A DNA stretch of 64,000 bases from Myxococcales bacterium (GTDB lineage: Bacteria > Myxococcota_A > UBA9042 > JABWCM01 > BTVJ01): assembly GCA_045863395.1 (NCBI GenBank), contig BTVJ01000002.1:224001-288000 (forward strand). Direction: 5' to 3'. Positions 1 through 9,458 of this stretch are shown piece after piece. The position numbers and the translations under genes were made by a program. The notes below the pieces were generated by a model. The model was not told the origin of the DNA, searched no databases, and saw only the letters and a program-made list of their open reading frames with translations. How positions within the stretch are numbered: the stretch's first letter is position 1; each line of letters opens with the position of its first letter.

Positions 1-1
1 C

Positions 2-736
2 GACCTGGCCGACAGGTGCGTGGTCGTCAACATTGGTCGGGCGCGACACGGCGTCGACTTCCGGGGAGCCGCCCAGGCGTTCCTCGAGTCCAGGCGGTAC
101 GAGCTGGTCGCAGACATCCTCGCCCACCTGAGGGCCGCTCCGCTCGACCCGATCACGACGGACAACGCTGACCGCTTCCAGTCGTGGCAGCAGGCCGTCC
201 TGTCGCGGTTCCCGAACGGCAACGAGCTGGCCGCCCTGGCGAAGGAGCGGCGCCCCACCGTGGACTCAGACGCCAGCGACGCGCGGGAGGTGGCCGCTTC
301 CATCGCGGACCTGATCCGCGAGCGGGGGTACTGCCCGGTGCACGAACACATCTTCATCCCGACCCGGGAGCTCGCCACGCGCTTGCACCCGCTGTTCGGC
401 ACGCGGACCGACGTGGGGCTCAAGGCGAAGCTCAAGAGCCTCGCGCACGACAAGTCCTTGCACCCCGCGAACTTCGAGGGCAGGCTGGCAGGGATAGGGA
501 CCCGAGGCGCAGACTGGTTCCCGCTCACCGCCATCGACACCACCCAGCGACTGCTTGGTCCTGCGCTGGCAGGTGTGACGGCTGTGACGGGTAAAATACA
601 TTGTTCCCACTGTACACGCGGAACGACTATCACTACCCCTCCCACGTGCAGTGAGAACAATGTATTTTACCCGTCACACTCGTCACACCTGACAGATCCC
701 CCCCCTTCTCCCGGCTACGAGGAGGGCACCCTGTGA
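2..736 (+). CDS. Phage replication protein (primase/helicase-like), C-terminal part, truncated by window start
   Basis: Frame is open from base 2 (DLADRCVVVNIG, resembling an Arg-finger 'DLADR' segment of phage helicases); long inverted repeat at its 3' end; followed by a TubC_N-like ORF. Confidence 0.5.
   Translation, partial: DLADRCVVVNIGRARHGVDFRGAAQAFLESRRYELVADILAHLRAAPLDPITTDNADRFQSWQQAVLSRFPNGNELAALAKERRPTVDSDASDAREVAASIADLIRERGYCPVHEHIFIPTRELATRLHPLFGTRTDVGLKAKLKSLAHDKSLHPANFEGRLAGIGTRGADWFPLTAIDTTQRLLGPALAGVTAVTGKIHCSHCTRGTTITTPPTCSENNVFYPSHSSHLTDPPPSPGYEEGTL
570..691. repeat. 46-bp inverted repeat (42/46 match) with 30-nt spacer; candidate phage origin
   Basis: Left arm 570-615 caggtgtgacggctgtgacgggtaaaatacattgttcccactgtac; right arm 646-691 gtgcagtgagaacaatgtattttacccgtcacactcgtcacacctg; two TGTGACG copies per arm; AT-rich core. 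Confidence 0.95.
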
Positions 737-1209
737 CCTCGCCTTCCCCCGCAGTGTTGGTGGCCGAGCTGCTCCAGCAGGGGGTGGAGCTGCGGGTCAA
801 CGCCCTCGGCGAGCTGGGCTTCCGGGCCACGCCCGGCGCCATGACGCCGGAGGTCAAGGCGCGCGTGGGAGCGCAGAAGGGCGAGGTCATCGCCTACCTG
901 CGGGCCCTGCGGCTGCCAGGGACCGCCGAGCTGACGCGCATCGAGGCCGTGGCCATCGCCCAGGGGTGGACCCACGCGGAGCTGTGGGAGACCGCCGGGC
1001 CGATGCGAGCGCGCGGCCTCGTGTGCTTCCTCCGCCTCGGAGACCGGATCGTGGCGGTCTCCAGGGCGCGCATCACCTACGAGCGCCGGGCTCCCACGCC
1101 TGCGCGCCTGAGCTGGTACGGACACGCGGGGGTGCGCCCCGTGTGGCAAGGCAGTTTGCACGCACGTCTGGAGCGCGAGGCGCCACCCATCGACGTGCGA
1201 GAGGAGTAG
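733..1209 (+). CDS. Phage hypothetical protein with TubC N-terminal docking-like domain
   Basis: N-terminal pattern LVAELLQQGVELRV..GELGFRATPGAMTPEVKARV..KGEVIAYL; GTGA overlap with upstream gene. Confidence 0.6.
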   Translation: MTSPSPAVLVAELLQQGVELRVNALGELGFRATPGAMTPEVKARVGAQKGEVIAYLRALRLPGTAELTRIEAVAIAQGWTHAELWETAGPMRARGLVCFLRLGDRIVAVSRARITYERRAPTPARLSWYGHAGVRPVWQGSLHARLEREAPPIDVREE

Positions 1210-1216
1210 TACGGGC

Positions 1217-1444
1217 ATGGACGAGGCGGAGAGGGACAGGATGCTCGCGGCCATTGCGCTGGCATCGGTGGTGTGCGGCGACAGGATGGACCGGCACGTG
1301 TGGGCTGTAGCGGTGCAGCAGCTCGCCCTGGTCAGGGACCCGCGCGGCGAGGTGCTGCAGCGCCTCGATGAGGCGCGTGATGCGCTGAGCGCGCCGGTCC
1401 TGGTGACGCTCAGCGGGCTGACGGTGGAAGGGGGTAGCCTGTGA
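1217..1444 (+). CDS. Phage hypothetical protein (75 aa)
   Basis: Tiles between neighbours; GAGGAG upstream; stop overlaps the next start. Confidence 0.55.
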   Translation: MDEAERDRMLAAIALASVVCGDRMDRHVWAVAVQQLALVRDPRGEVLQRLDEARDALSAPVLVTLSGLTVEGGSL

Positions 1445-2013
1445 CGGTGTGCGTGGCGGTGATGGACGCGACGCACGTCGCGATTGCAGCGGACGGCCGG
1501 TCCGTGAACCAGGGCGGGACCATCGTCGCCGAGGAGACACGCAAGGTGCTCCGCTTCGGGCAGATGATCGTCGCCGCCGCGGGCGAGCAGGGACTGATCA
1601 ACGAGTGGCACCACGCGCTGGACCAGGTGGCGACCGATGAGCTCACGCCGCGCGTGCCCGCGCGCCTCGCCCGTGAGCTGTGCCGGCAGGAGTGCACGAC
1701 ACCGTTCGACGGCGCCGGCATGCCCACCGCGTGGGACCTGACCGCGGTCATCGCCACGGCGCAGGGGATCTGGCGGTTCTCGTATGGGGGCATGCTGTGT
1801 CCCGTGGTCGGCTCGTGCTACGCCATCGGCTCAGGCGCGGAGGCGGCCCGCGGAGCCGTCGAGGCGATGAAGGTGCTCGAGGCGTCGTGGCCGGCCGGCA
1901 AGTGGCCCCTTCCGAGCGCGGCGCTGCTGGCGACGCTGGCGGCGATGGCGGCCTGCCGTGTGGACAGCGCGTGCGGCGGCAGTGTCCACGCGGTCAGTCT
2001 GGCCAGGGGTTGA
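1441..2013 (+). CDS. Proteasome beta-subunit/HslV-like Ntn threonine protease
   Basis: After Met removal: Thr1, Asp17 (AADGR), Lys34, Gly47 (AAAG), plus YAIGSG and DSACGG motifs. Confidence 0.85.
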   Translation: MTVCVAVMDATHVAIAADGRSVNQGGTIVAEETRKVLRFGQMIVAAAGEQGLINEWHHALDQVATDELTPRVPARLARELCRQECTTPFDGAGMPTAWDLTAVIATAQGIWRFSYGGMLCPVVGSCYAIGSGAEAARGAVEAMKVLEASWPAGKWPLPSAALLATLAAMAACRVDSACGGSVHAVSLARG

Positions 2014-2330
2014 CACTGAACATTCATTCAGGCATCGAATCACTCATGAGGTGGACCCATGCGATCTCTGTTCGGTGGAGCGAAGGCAGCGACGGCCGTC
2101 CTGCGACGGCTGGAGTGGAGCGTCTGGCTGACCATCCGGTGGCACGGCAAGCCCCTACTCGACCTGGAGGCGGGGGCAGGGGTCGGCGGCGAGGAATGAC
2201 AAGCCGCCCGACCCCCCTGGGGGAGGTCCCAGGGGCCGAGCGAAGCGGAACATCCTCCCCCCGAAAAACGCCCCGGTTTCAGGGAAAAAATCAAATGTGT
2301 GAAGTGAATTCGGAGGCTTGAACGCGACCC

Positions 2331-2963
2331 ATGGCCAACCCGGAGCGACCAGCAGCGAGCCGCAAAGCGCGGGACATCGCTCCCGCGCGGTACGTCCAGG
2401 CCGCGGAGGAGCGGGCTGCAGCGGAGCTTGCCGGGGTGGACGTCGATGCGGTGGCCCGCGAGAAGCAGGCCGAGCACGACCAGGCCCGGCGCGAGCTGGA
2501 CGCCACGCTGCTCCGCGGCCGCTCGCCCTTCGCGCGCAAGATGTTCCGGCTGTTCGCGGTGGCGGACCTGGACACCTGCGCCGGGCTGGTCGGCTTGTGC
2601 TTCGCCGAGCAGCACGAGGAGCGGCAGGCTGCCGTGGCTGCTGCGGCCGCTGCCCAGGCGGATGCCGAGCGCCTCGAGGACGAGGCCGCCAAGTCGCGCC
2701 CCGTCAACCCCATGCTGCAGCTCGACGGCGTGGCCCCTCCCGCTGCTCGCAAGAAGGCCCCGCGGATCGTCGCCGTGGCAGGGCCGGTCATCGACCATCG
2801 CAGCCGTCGCGGGTACGTCGAGCTGACCACCCTCCTGAAGCAGGTGGTTGAGGCCAAGCTCTCGCGCCACGACGATGGCCTCGACGAGGGCCCGCGCGCT
2901 GCGACGGTGGTCTTCGAGGGCCCCCCCGCCGCCAACGCGTCGAACCTCCCCCCTGAGGGCTGA
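2331..2963 (+). CDS. Putative terminase small subunit
   Basis: Directly upstream of terL; helical, charged 210 aa; assigned by position only. Confidence 0.45.
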   Translation: MANPERPAASRKARDIAPARYVQAAEERAAAELAGVDVDAVAREKQAEHDQARRELDATLLRGRSPFARKMFRLFAVADLDTCAGLVGLCFAEQHEERQAAVAAAAAAQADAERLEDEAAKSRPVNPMLQLDGVAPPAARKKAPRIVAVAGPVIDHRSRRGYVELTTLLKQVVEAKLSRHDDGLDEGPRAATVVFEGPPAANASNLPPEG

Positions 2964-2966
2964 GCC

Positions 2967-4316
2967 ATGGGCATCGGACAGGCGCCGATCCACGTGTCCG
3001 TGTCAGCGGAGCGGGCGTTCGGGGTGCCATGGCACGACGGCCAGACCCGAGGGATCCTGTCCACGACTCCACTGCTCATGATCGTGGCCGGTCGCGGCTT
3101 CGGGAAGACGACGCTGATGTGCGCCAAGGCCATCCGCGAGAGCCAGGAGCCGGAGAATGCGGGGCTGCCCGGCGCCCTGCTGTGCCCCACGTACCGGCAG
3201 CTCACCCGCGTGCACCAAGTCACGCTCGAGAAGCAGTTCCGCACCTTCCAGGAGACCACCGGGGTCAAGCTCCTGCGCAAGTTCCACAAGAGCGCCAAGG
3301 TCTTCGAGCTGATGAACGGAGCGGAGATCTGGCTCCTGAGCTACGAGCGCTACGAGAACCTCCGCAGCTTCACCCTCGCCTGGGTGGGGGTCGACGAGAT
3401 CACCGCGGTCAGCAACGAGGAGGCGGTCCTCGACGTGGTGCTCCCGGCGGTGCGCGGCGAGGGTACCGGGCGGATCTGGTTCTGCAACACGCCGCGTGGG
3501 CTGAAGGGCATCGTCAAGACGTTCGTCGATGAGGTGCGCGCTGGCAACCCGGACTATCAGGTCATCCACGGCACCAGCTACGACAACTCCGGCCTCGACC
3601 GCGAGCGCATCGACCGCATGCGCAAGACGATGGGCCGCGCGCAGGCCCGTCAGGAGATTGACGCCGTGCTCCTGCGCCCAGCGAACCTGGTCTACTCCGA
3701 GTTCAGCCGGTCCGTGCACCTGAAGCCCTGGCGGTACAGCTCGAGGTACCCCTACAGCTTCTGGGTGGACTGGGGCGACTCGCACCCGTCGTACCTCCAG
3801 GTGCAGCACAACGTGCCCATTGATGGGGTGCCGTCCGACGTCGTTGTCTGGCAGTTTTGCGATGACGACGTGCCGTGGGCCCGCGGTCAGTCGGTGCTCA
3901 AGGCCCGCGCTGCCGAGTGCGACCGCGAGCCCGAGGAGTTCGTGGGGGACCGGGCCGTGCGCTCGCAGATGCAGTGGGCGGCCCAGGCGTTCCCGCAGAC
4001 GCGGACGCGCAAGATGGAGACTCGAGAGGACCAGGAGATCTGGCGCGGCGTTCAGATCGTCAAGTGGCGGCTCGAGCCGGAAGAGGGCCCCCCCCGGCTG
4101 TACTTCGCCTCCAACCTGGCAGAGGACCTGCGCCAGCGAGGGATCATCTCGGCCCTCGAGCAGTACAAGCGCTGCCTGGACCCCGTGTCACAGTCGCCCA
4201 TCGACAAGCCCTACAAGGACAACGTCACCGACCACGCCAACGACGCGCTTCGGATGGGCGTTGTCGCGCGCTACGGCGGCGCCGTCCGTCGCGATCCCAT
4301 TCGTGCACCACTCTGA
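2967..4316 (+). CDS. terL: Terminase large subunit
   Basis: Walker A GRGFGKT, Walker B VGVDE, coupling motif CNTP, nuclease motifs VDWG and DHANDALR. Confidence 0.95.
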   Translation: MGIGQAPIHVSVSAERAFGVPWHDGQTRGILSTTPLLMIVAGRGFGKTTLMCAKAIRESQEPENAGLPGALLCPTYRQLTRVHQVTLEKQFRTFQETTGVKLLRKFHKSAKVFELMNGAEIWLLSYERYENLRSFTLAWVGVDEITAVSNEEAVLDVVLPAVRGEGTGRIWFCNTPRGLKGIVKTFVDEVRAGNPDYQVIHGTSYDNSGLDRERIDRMRKTMGRAQARQEIDAVLLRPANLVYSEFSRSVHLKPWRYSSRYPYSFWVDWGDSHPSYLQVQHNVPIDGVPSDVVVWQFCDDDVPWARGQSVLKARAAECDREPEEFVGDRAVRSQMQWAAQAFPQTRTRKMETREDQEIWRGVQIVKWRLEPEEGPPRLYFASNLAEDLRQRGIISALEQYKRCLDPVSQSPIDKPYKDNVTDHANDALRMGVVARYGGAVRRDPIRAPL

Positions 4317-4326
4317 GAGGCCCTCG

Positions 4327-5658
4327 ATGCTCGCCCCGCAGCACACCAAGGAGATCAACACCGACGCGCAGCGCGAGCTTAGCGAGCGCCTCGATGCCTA
4401 CCACCGGCAGGACTTCCGCCCTGCCGACGCCGCGCTCCGGAAGCTCTACCCGCGCAGCCAGTCACGCATGGTCCGCAAGCCTCTGGCGCTGGTCTACCGG
4501 TACGTGATGGAGACGGCGGACGCCTACGCGCGAGCGCCGGAGCGGACCTTCTTGACGGGGGACGGGCAACCAATGGAGGCCACGCGCGCCCAGGAGCTGC
4601 TGCGCTGGTATGGTCGCCTCAACATGGAGGAGGCCTTCCAGCTCGGCAACGAACTGCTCGCCGTGCAGCGGACCTACATCGGCGCCATCCTGCCACGACC
4701 GATGGGAGGCTATCGTCACCAGGTGTGGAGACCGTACCAGTACGAGGTCACACCGCACCCGGACGATCCCGGATCGCTGTCCAGCGCCAAGGAAGTGCGC
4801 TTGGCCGTGCCTGTGGAGACGGACCGCAATCGGGTCCGGTTCGGGCTTCTGGTGATGAACCAGGAGCGGATCTACATCAAGGACGGCAGAGAGGAACGCC
4901 CCGTGTTCTTTGGGTCGACGCAGAACCCCTTCGCGGGCCGCCTGCCCCTCTGGTACGGGCGCGAGGGCTCGCCCTTGGACGGGGAGTTCAACGCCGCCGT
5001 CCCTGACGATCTGGACGCGGCCCAGACGGCGATGTGCCTGGAGCCCAGCGAGTCGAACCTGATCGGGCGATCGCAGAGCTTCGGACAGCGGACGCTGTCT
5101 GGCGGGAGCCGCGTGAAGCCGCAGGAGATGGAGCTCGGGCCAGAACTCATCCTGCCCCTCGAGGATGGCGAGATCCTGGCCAACGTGCAACCGAGCCCGA
5201 CGCTGGGACAGTACCTCGACGCCGGCGACCGGTACCTGCGCCTGTTCTTCCAGCTCCGGGGCATCAACGCCGACAGCGTGTTGAAGGGCGCCATGACCTG
5301 GTTGGCCAAGCAGATGGACCTGGCCGACCGGGAGCGGTTCAAGGTGCGGATGCGCCGCGCGCTGGAGGCGGCCGAAGCCCGCTTCCTGCAGGCCCTGGTG
5401 ACGGTCCTCAACAAGGGCGCCGTGCGCATGTGGCCCACCGATCTGCACGTCACGGTGGGCTGGCGGGAGCAGGCATGGCCGGCGGACCCGCAGAACGAAG
5501 CGGCCGCCGCAGAGACACTGCAGCGCATCGGCGTGGAGTCCGGGCCGGAGCAGATCGCGAGGCGTCGACAGATCACCATCGAGGAGGCGACGAGGGTCTA
5601 CCAGGCAAACATGACCCTCGCCCGGGCGGCCAGGGCTGCGGCTCCGAGCAGTCCATAG
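4327..5658 (+). CDS. Portal protein
   Basis: 443 aa directly after terL (ATG 4327 after GAGAGG); position and size fit a portal. Confidence 0.75.
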   Translation: MLAPQHTKEINTDAQRELSERLDAYHRQDFRPADAALRKLYPRSQSRMVRKPLALVYRYVMETADAYARAPERTFLTGDGQPMEATRAQELLRWYGRLNMEEAFQLGNELLAVQRTYIGAILPRPMGGYRHQVWRPYQYEVTPHPDDPGSLSSAKEVRLAVPVETDRNRVRFGLLVMNQERIYIKDGREERPVFFGSTQNPFAGRLPLWYGREGSPLDGEFNAAVPDDLDAAQTAMCLEPSESNLIGRSQSFGQRTLSGGSRVKPQEMELGPELILPLEDGEILANVQPSPTLGQYLDAGDRYLRLFFQLRGINADSVLKGAMTWLAKQMDLADRERFKVRMRRALEAAEARFLQALVTVLNKGAVRMWPTDLHVTVGWREQAWPADPQNEAAAAETLQRIGVESGPEQIARRRQITIEEATRVYQANMTLARAARAAAPSSP

Positions 5659-5668
5659 GTGGAGTACT

Positions 5669-5694
5669 CGCAAGAACGTGCTTGCGTTCTTGCG
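5669..5694. promoter_or_regulatory. Perfect 10-bp inverted repeat between portal and scaffold genes
   Basis: cgcaagaacg-tgcttg-cgttcttgcg; no U-tract, so function is uncertain. Confidence 0.5.
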
Positions 5695-5749
5695 CGACGT
5701 TCGTAAAGTCCATGACTAAACGTGTGTTCAGCAGGCATAAGAGGACAGG

Positions 5750-6286
5750 ATGAAGGTCCGGAGATGGAATGGCGACGGCGACGGGTGCTCCGCCTACGGT
5801 GACGCGGAGGGGTCGTGCGACGACGGCGACGCTGAGGCCGCGAAGAAGAAGGCCGACGAGGAGGCCGCGAAGAAGAAGGCCGACGAGGAGGCCGCGAAAA
5901 AGAAGGCCGACGAGGAGGCCGCCGCCAAGAAGGACGTTGCGACGCAGCTCGTCGACCTCCGCGCCCAGCTCGAGGCCGCAAAGAAGGAAGCCGAGGCCGC
6001 CGTGGCGGGCCTCGGCACCGTGAAGGCCCAGGCGAAGCGCGACGCGCTGAAGCGCGCCGGGCTGGTCAACGACGAGTACGGCAAGCTGGCGCCGGACGTG
6101 GACGTCACCACGGATGCCGGCGCAGCGGAACTCCAGAAGTGGATCGACGCGAACCCACCGCTGTTCCGGCCGCGGGTGTCTCCGCCGCCTCCGGCCAAGG
6201 ATCCGGCGGAGCCGACGAACGCCATCGGCAAGGCGTTTCACCACTGGGTCGCTCCGGTGGTCCAGGCACTGACAAAGAGGGCATGA
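5750..6286 (+). CDS. Capsid scaffolding protein
   Basis: Charged coiled coil with EAAKKKADE repeats, Pro-rich C-terminal linker, located between portal and capsid genes. Confidence 0.75.
   Translation: MKVRRWNGDGDGCSAYGDAEGSCDDGDAEAAKKKADEEAAKKKADEEAAKKKADEEAAAKKDVATQLVDLRAQLEAAKKEAEAAVAGLGTVKAQAKRDALKRAGLVNDEYGKLAPDVDVTTDAGAAELQKWIDANPPLFRPRVSPPPPAKDPAEPTNAIGKAFHHWVAPVVQALTKRA
5834..5932 (+). repeat. 27-bp tandem repeat x3 plus a partial copy, encoding EAAKKKADE
   Basis: gaggccgcgaagaagaaggccgacgag units start at 5834, 5861 and 5888 (one substitution in the third). Confidence 0.95.
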
Positions 6287-6789
6287 TGGCACGGAGACCC
6301 CTGGGCGCAGTGGACAGCTACGACGACGAGGCGGCGCAGGAGAGCACCAGGCCGACATTCACGGTTGAAGTCGAGTCCGAAGCGGACTTCTTCGCGCAGA
6401 CCGACTCCGAAGACGAGTACCAACGGGACGTGGAGGCGGCCCGCACTCGCCGCCGCGCCGCGGCAGCTCGCGGCGCGGTCGACCCGGAGACGCCCATCGG
6501 CGGAGACCCTCGGTACGTCTACACGTCCGTGGACCCGCGCTTGCCGGGGTACGAGGCCACGACGATGGGGCTGGAGGCCAAGGGCTGGTGCCGCGACACG
6601 CGTGACGTGCAGCGGGCGGGCTTCTCCGGCGCGGAGACCTGGCGGAAGCCGAAGGAGCTGGTGGACGAGGACCGCCGGGACCGGGACCAGCGCTTCGCCC
6701 GCGCGCTCGCCAAGGCGGGCGTCGGCGCCGGCGGACAGCGGGCCCTGCGCCAGCGGCGCGGCGGACGACGTCTGCACGAGGAGATCTGA
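6283..6789 (+). CDS. Phage hypothetical protein in the head module
   Basis: ATGATG overlaps the scaffold stop; acidic N-half, basic C-terminus. Confidence 0.65.
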   Translation: MMARRPLGAVDSYDDEAAQESTRPTFTVEVESEADFFAQTDSEDEYQRDVEAARTRRRAAAARGAVDPETPIGGDPRYVYTSVDPRLPGYEATTMGLEAKGWCRDTRDVQRAGFSGAETWRKPKELVDEDRRDRDQRFARALAKAGVGAGGQRALRQRRGGRRLHEEI

Positions 6790-6840
6790 CCGCCGCTCCG
6801 CGGCACGACCCACAGAGCTGACCACAAGGAGGATCGGATC

Positions 6841-7866
6841 ATGCCACTTGCTTTCACCACCTCGGACGCGCTGCAGACCGGCATCAGGGCCTACCAGGGC
6901 GCCGTGGCCGAGGAGGCTCCCCAGCAGGACTACACCAACTTCGTGAACGTGCTCCTGGACCCCGCCGCGGCCCTGCGGTTCGTCGCCGTGCGCCCCGTGG
7001 GCCTGCCGATCTCCTGGGACGGCGAGGCGGACATCTTCGCGGACGGGGACAATGAGACCATTCAGGTGAGCCACGTCAACAACCTGGTGTTGGCGCGGTT
7101 CATCCTCGGGACCAAGATCGCGGAGCCCGACGCGGAAGCGCAGGGCCTGGATGCGGTGGCATCGGTGGCTCGCCAGCACGCTCGCCGCGGTCAGCAGCTC
7201 ATCAACCGCCTGGCCTGGATGGCGGCCTTCGGCGGCTTCTGGCTCACGGTCGACGACGGCAATGGGGGCACGTGCGCGGCCTACAGCGCGGGCCACACCT
7301 ACCCGGGCGGGACGCAGAGCAACCTGCTCACGTCGGTTCTGAGTCCTGCCGGCGTGGTCGCTGCGCTGCTGCGCCGACGCAACTGGCGCGACGGCGCCGG
7401 CGTGCCGCTCCAGCTCGCCGAGAAGGACCTGGTGCTGCTGCACGACACGAAGAACACGGAGGTGGCCAACATGGTCTGCCGCGCGCGGACCATGGACGTC
7501 GGCTACTCCGGCGCGCATCCCAGCGCCATCGGCGGCACGAGCGGCGAGAACCGAAACCAGCCCAACCGCGTGGCCGAGCTGGGCATCACGCCGCTCAGCT
7601 ACCCCATCGCCTCGCTGACGATCAACGAGGCGGCGGGAGACGACGACGACTGGATCCTGACGCGCAGGGGCGGCATCAACCTGGATCCGGACCGGTCCGG
7701 GCAGATCGTGGCGAACATCAGCAAGCCCCCGACCGTGGTCTTCAACGGCATCGAGGACAGCTCCAAGAACGATGACCTGTCGATCCACGTGATCAGCCGG
7801 CTGGACATCGCCATCGGTCTGATCTCGCCCACGAACGAGGTCACCATCGGCTCCAACGTCCCCTGA
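6841..7866 (+). CDS. Major capsid protein (putative HK97 fold)
   Basis: 341 aa, strong RBS AAGGAGG, position after scaffold; no direct homology check. Confidence 0.7.
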   Translation: MPLAFTTSDALQTGIRAYQGAVAEEAPQQDYTNFVNVLLDPAAALRFVAVRPVGLPISWDGEADIFADGDNETIQVSHVNNLVLARFILGTKIAEPDAEAQGLDAVASVARQHARRGQQLINRLAWMAAFGGFWLTVDDGNGGTCAAYSAGHTYPGGTQSNLLTSVLSPAGVVAALLRRRNWRDGAGVPLQLAEKDLVLLHDTKNTEVANMVCRARTMDVGYSGAHPSAIGGTSGENRNQPNRVAELGITPLSYPIASLTINEAAGDDDDWILTRRGGINLDPDRSGQIVANISKPPTVVFNGIEDSSKNDDLSIHVISRLDIAIGLISPTNEVTIGSNVP

Positions 7867-7890
7867 GCTACCCCAGAGAGCGAGGCGAGC

Positions 7891-8790
7891 GTGGCGGTCC
7901 AAGTACCCCAGAGTCAGGCATTCACCTTCGAGCTGTACCCGGCTCGCCCGGCAGCCTCCGCCTCGGCGGTGGTCCGGAACGCCGCCGGTAAGCAGCTCGC
8001 CGGGGGGGCCGCCACGCTCGACTCAGTCTCCACCACCCTGGGCGCCGTCGACTCTCGCCAGGCCGTGACCGTCGCAGTCCGGGCGGGTATCGTCCCGGGC
8101 CGACGGTACTGGGTCGTCTCCAAAGACTCCGAGGAGCTGTACGACCTGGTCACCGTGGAGGGCGTGACACCCGCCGTGGTAGGTGCGGGCGGACTGCTGG
8201 ACCTTGGGCCGGGCGGCCATCGCCTGCCCGGCACAGGAGATCGCCTCCTCGGCGCCCGCTTGACTCTCGCGGTGAGCAGCTCGGTCACGGCGACGCGGGG
8301 CATGAACGGCCACGTCATGTGGAGTGTCACCGACCGGGTGGCCAGCGTGTACGCGGTGCAGCGAATGTTTGACGTCGTGCGCTGCCTCTTTGACCTGGGC
8401 GTGACCCCGGCAGACGTTCGGCGCTACCTCTCAGTGCGGGCAGGGTCGTTCGCGCTGACGGCCGACCAGGACCCATCGCGATACGAAGATGTGGCCGAGC
8501 GCGCCACGGCCATGGTGCAGGACCGGATCCGCGCCGTCGAGAACTACCCCTCCCTGGTGGGGGACCCCACAGCCTTTCGCGAGGCCAACCGCTGCGCGAT
8601 GAAGATCGCGCTCACCGACGAGGGAATCATCGAGGACGTGGCAGACCGCCGGAGCTACGTCGACGGTCTGTATGAGCGTCTCGACGCGGACATTGCGCAG
8701 GCGCTGCGCGTCTGCTGGTACGACAAGAACGACGACGCCGTCGTGCAGCCCTCGGAGGTCCGGCGACGCTCCATCGTGGGGGTGCGATGA
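7891..8790 (+). CDS. Putative head-tail adaptor with N-terminal beta-rich domain
   Basis: Follows the capsid gene; helical C-half (TPADVRRYL..AERATAMVQDRIR) resembles adaptors. Confidence 0.5.
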   Translation: MAVQVPQSQAFTFELYPARPAASASAVVRNAAGKQLAGGAATLDSVSTTLGAVDSRQAVTVAVRAGIVPGRRYWVVSKDSEELYDLVTVEGVTPAVVGAGGLLDLGPGGHRLPGTGDRLLGARLTLAVSSSVTATRGMNGHVMWSVTDRVASVYAVQRMFDVVRCLFDLGVTPADVRRYLSVRAGSFALTADQDPSRYEDVAERATAMVQDRIRAVENYPSLVGDPTAFREANRCAMKIALTDEGIIEDVADRRSYVDGLYERLDADIAQALRVCWYDKNDDAVVQPSEVRRRSIVGVR

Positions 8791-9458
8791 GGCTGGAGAT
8801 CAAGGTCTTTCCGGCGAAGTTCGCACGGTCAGAGGGGTTTGCGGCGGTCGCGGATCTGGCCGACGAGGTCCGCACGCTGGGCAACGAGATTCGCGACCGC
8901 GTCCAGGGACGCGGGCTCAACAAGCACGGCCAGGCATTCGGACAGCATGCGGACCCGATGCGCCGCTACCCGGTCAAGAAGTCGGGCCGGCTGAAGCGAG
9001 GGGAGACGGAGGCGCAGCGGCCCATCGTGGGCTACCGCGAGAAGCCGGCGAAGACCTGGATCCGTCCCGACCAGGGGTATCCGCGCCCAAAGCGCTTCTA
9101 TCGCAAGACGCAGGACAACGCCTACCTGGTGAGCTTCGCCGAGTACATGGAGGACGTGCACGGGGACCGTAACTACCGGTTCTCAGTGTCAGGCGCAGCC
9201 TGGGCGTCTCTGCGAATGAGTTTCAACCGGGGTCGCAAGACGTCCAGCAGCGTCAAGCTGTACTTCGGCGGGTCCGGGCCAGCGCTCCGCGGCCACATGG
9301 GAGAGACCTTTCCGAACCGCGACAAGATGCGCCTTGCCCAAGAGCGCGTGAACCAGGCGATCCTCGACCCTTCTCCCGAGGAGGAGACGCGCTTCCTGGC
9401 ACGCACCCGGCCGCATGTGGAGCGGTGGCTTGCCGGTCTGCTCCCACGGAAGAGCTGA
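8787..9458 (+). CDS. Putative neck/tail completion protein (basic)
   Basis: Arg/Lys-rich; ATGA-coupled; neck position. Confidence 0.5.
   Translation: MRLEIKVFPAKFARSEGFAAVADLADEVRTLGNEIRDRVQGRGLNKHGQAFGQHADPMRRYPVKKSGRLKRGETEAQRPIVGYREKPAKTWIRPDQGYPRPKRFYRKTQDNAYLVSFAEYMEDVHGDRNYRFSVSGAAWASLRMSFNRGRKTSSSVKLYFGGSGPALRGHMGETFPNRDKMRLAQERVNQAILDPSPEEETRFLARTRPHVERWLAGLLPRKS

Noticed and set aside
3820..4326. Longer N-termini listed in the ORF track for the portal (3820), hub (14114) and fibre (19848) genes
   Set aside because: They overlap well-supported upstream genes; downstream starts have an RBS or stop-start coupling.
5834..5932. CRISPR-like array
   Set aside because: Head-to-tail in-frame coding repeats without spacers; no cas genes in the window.
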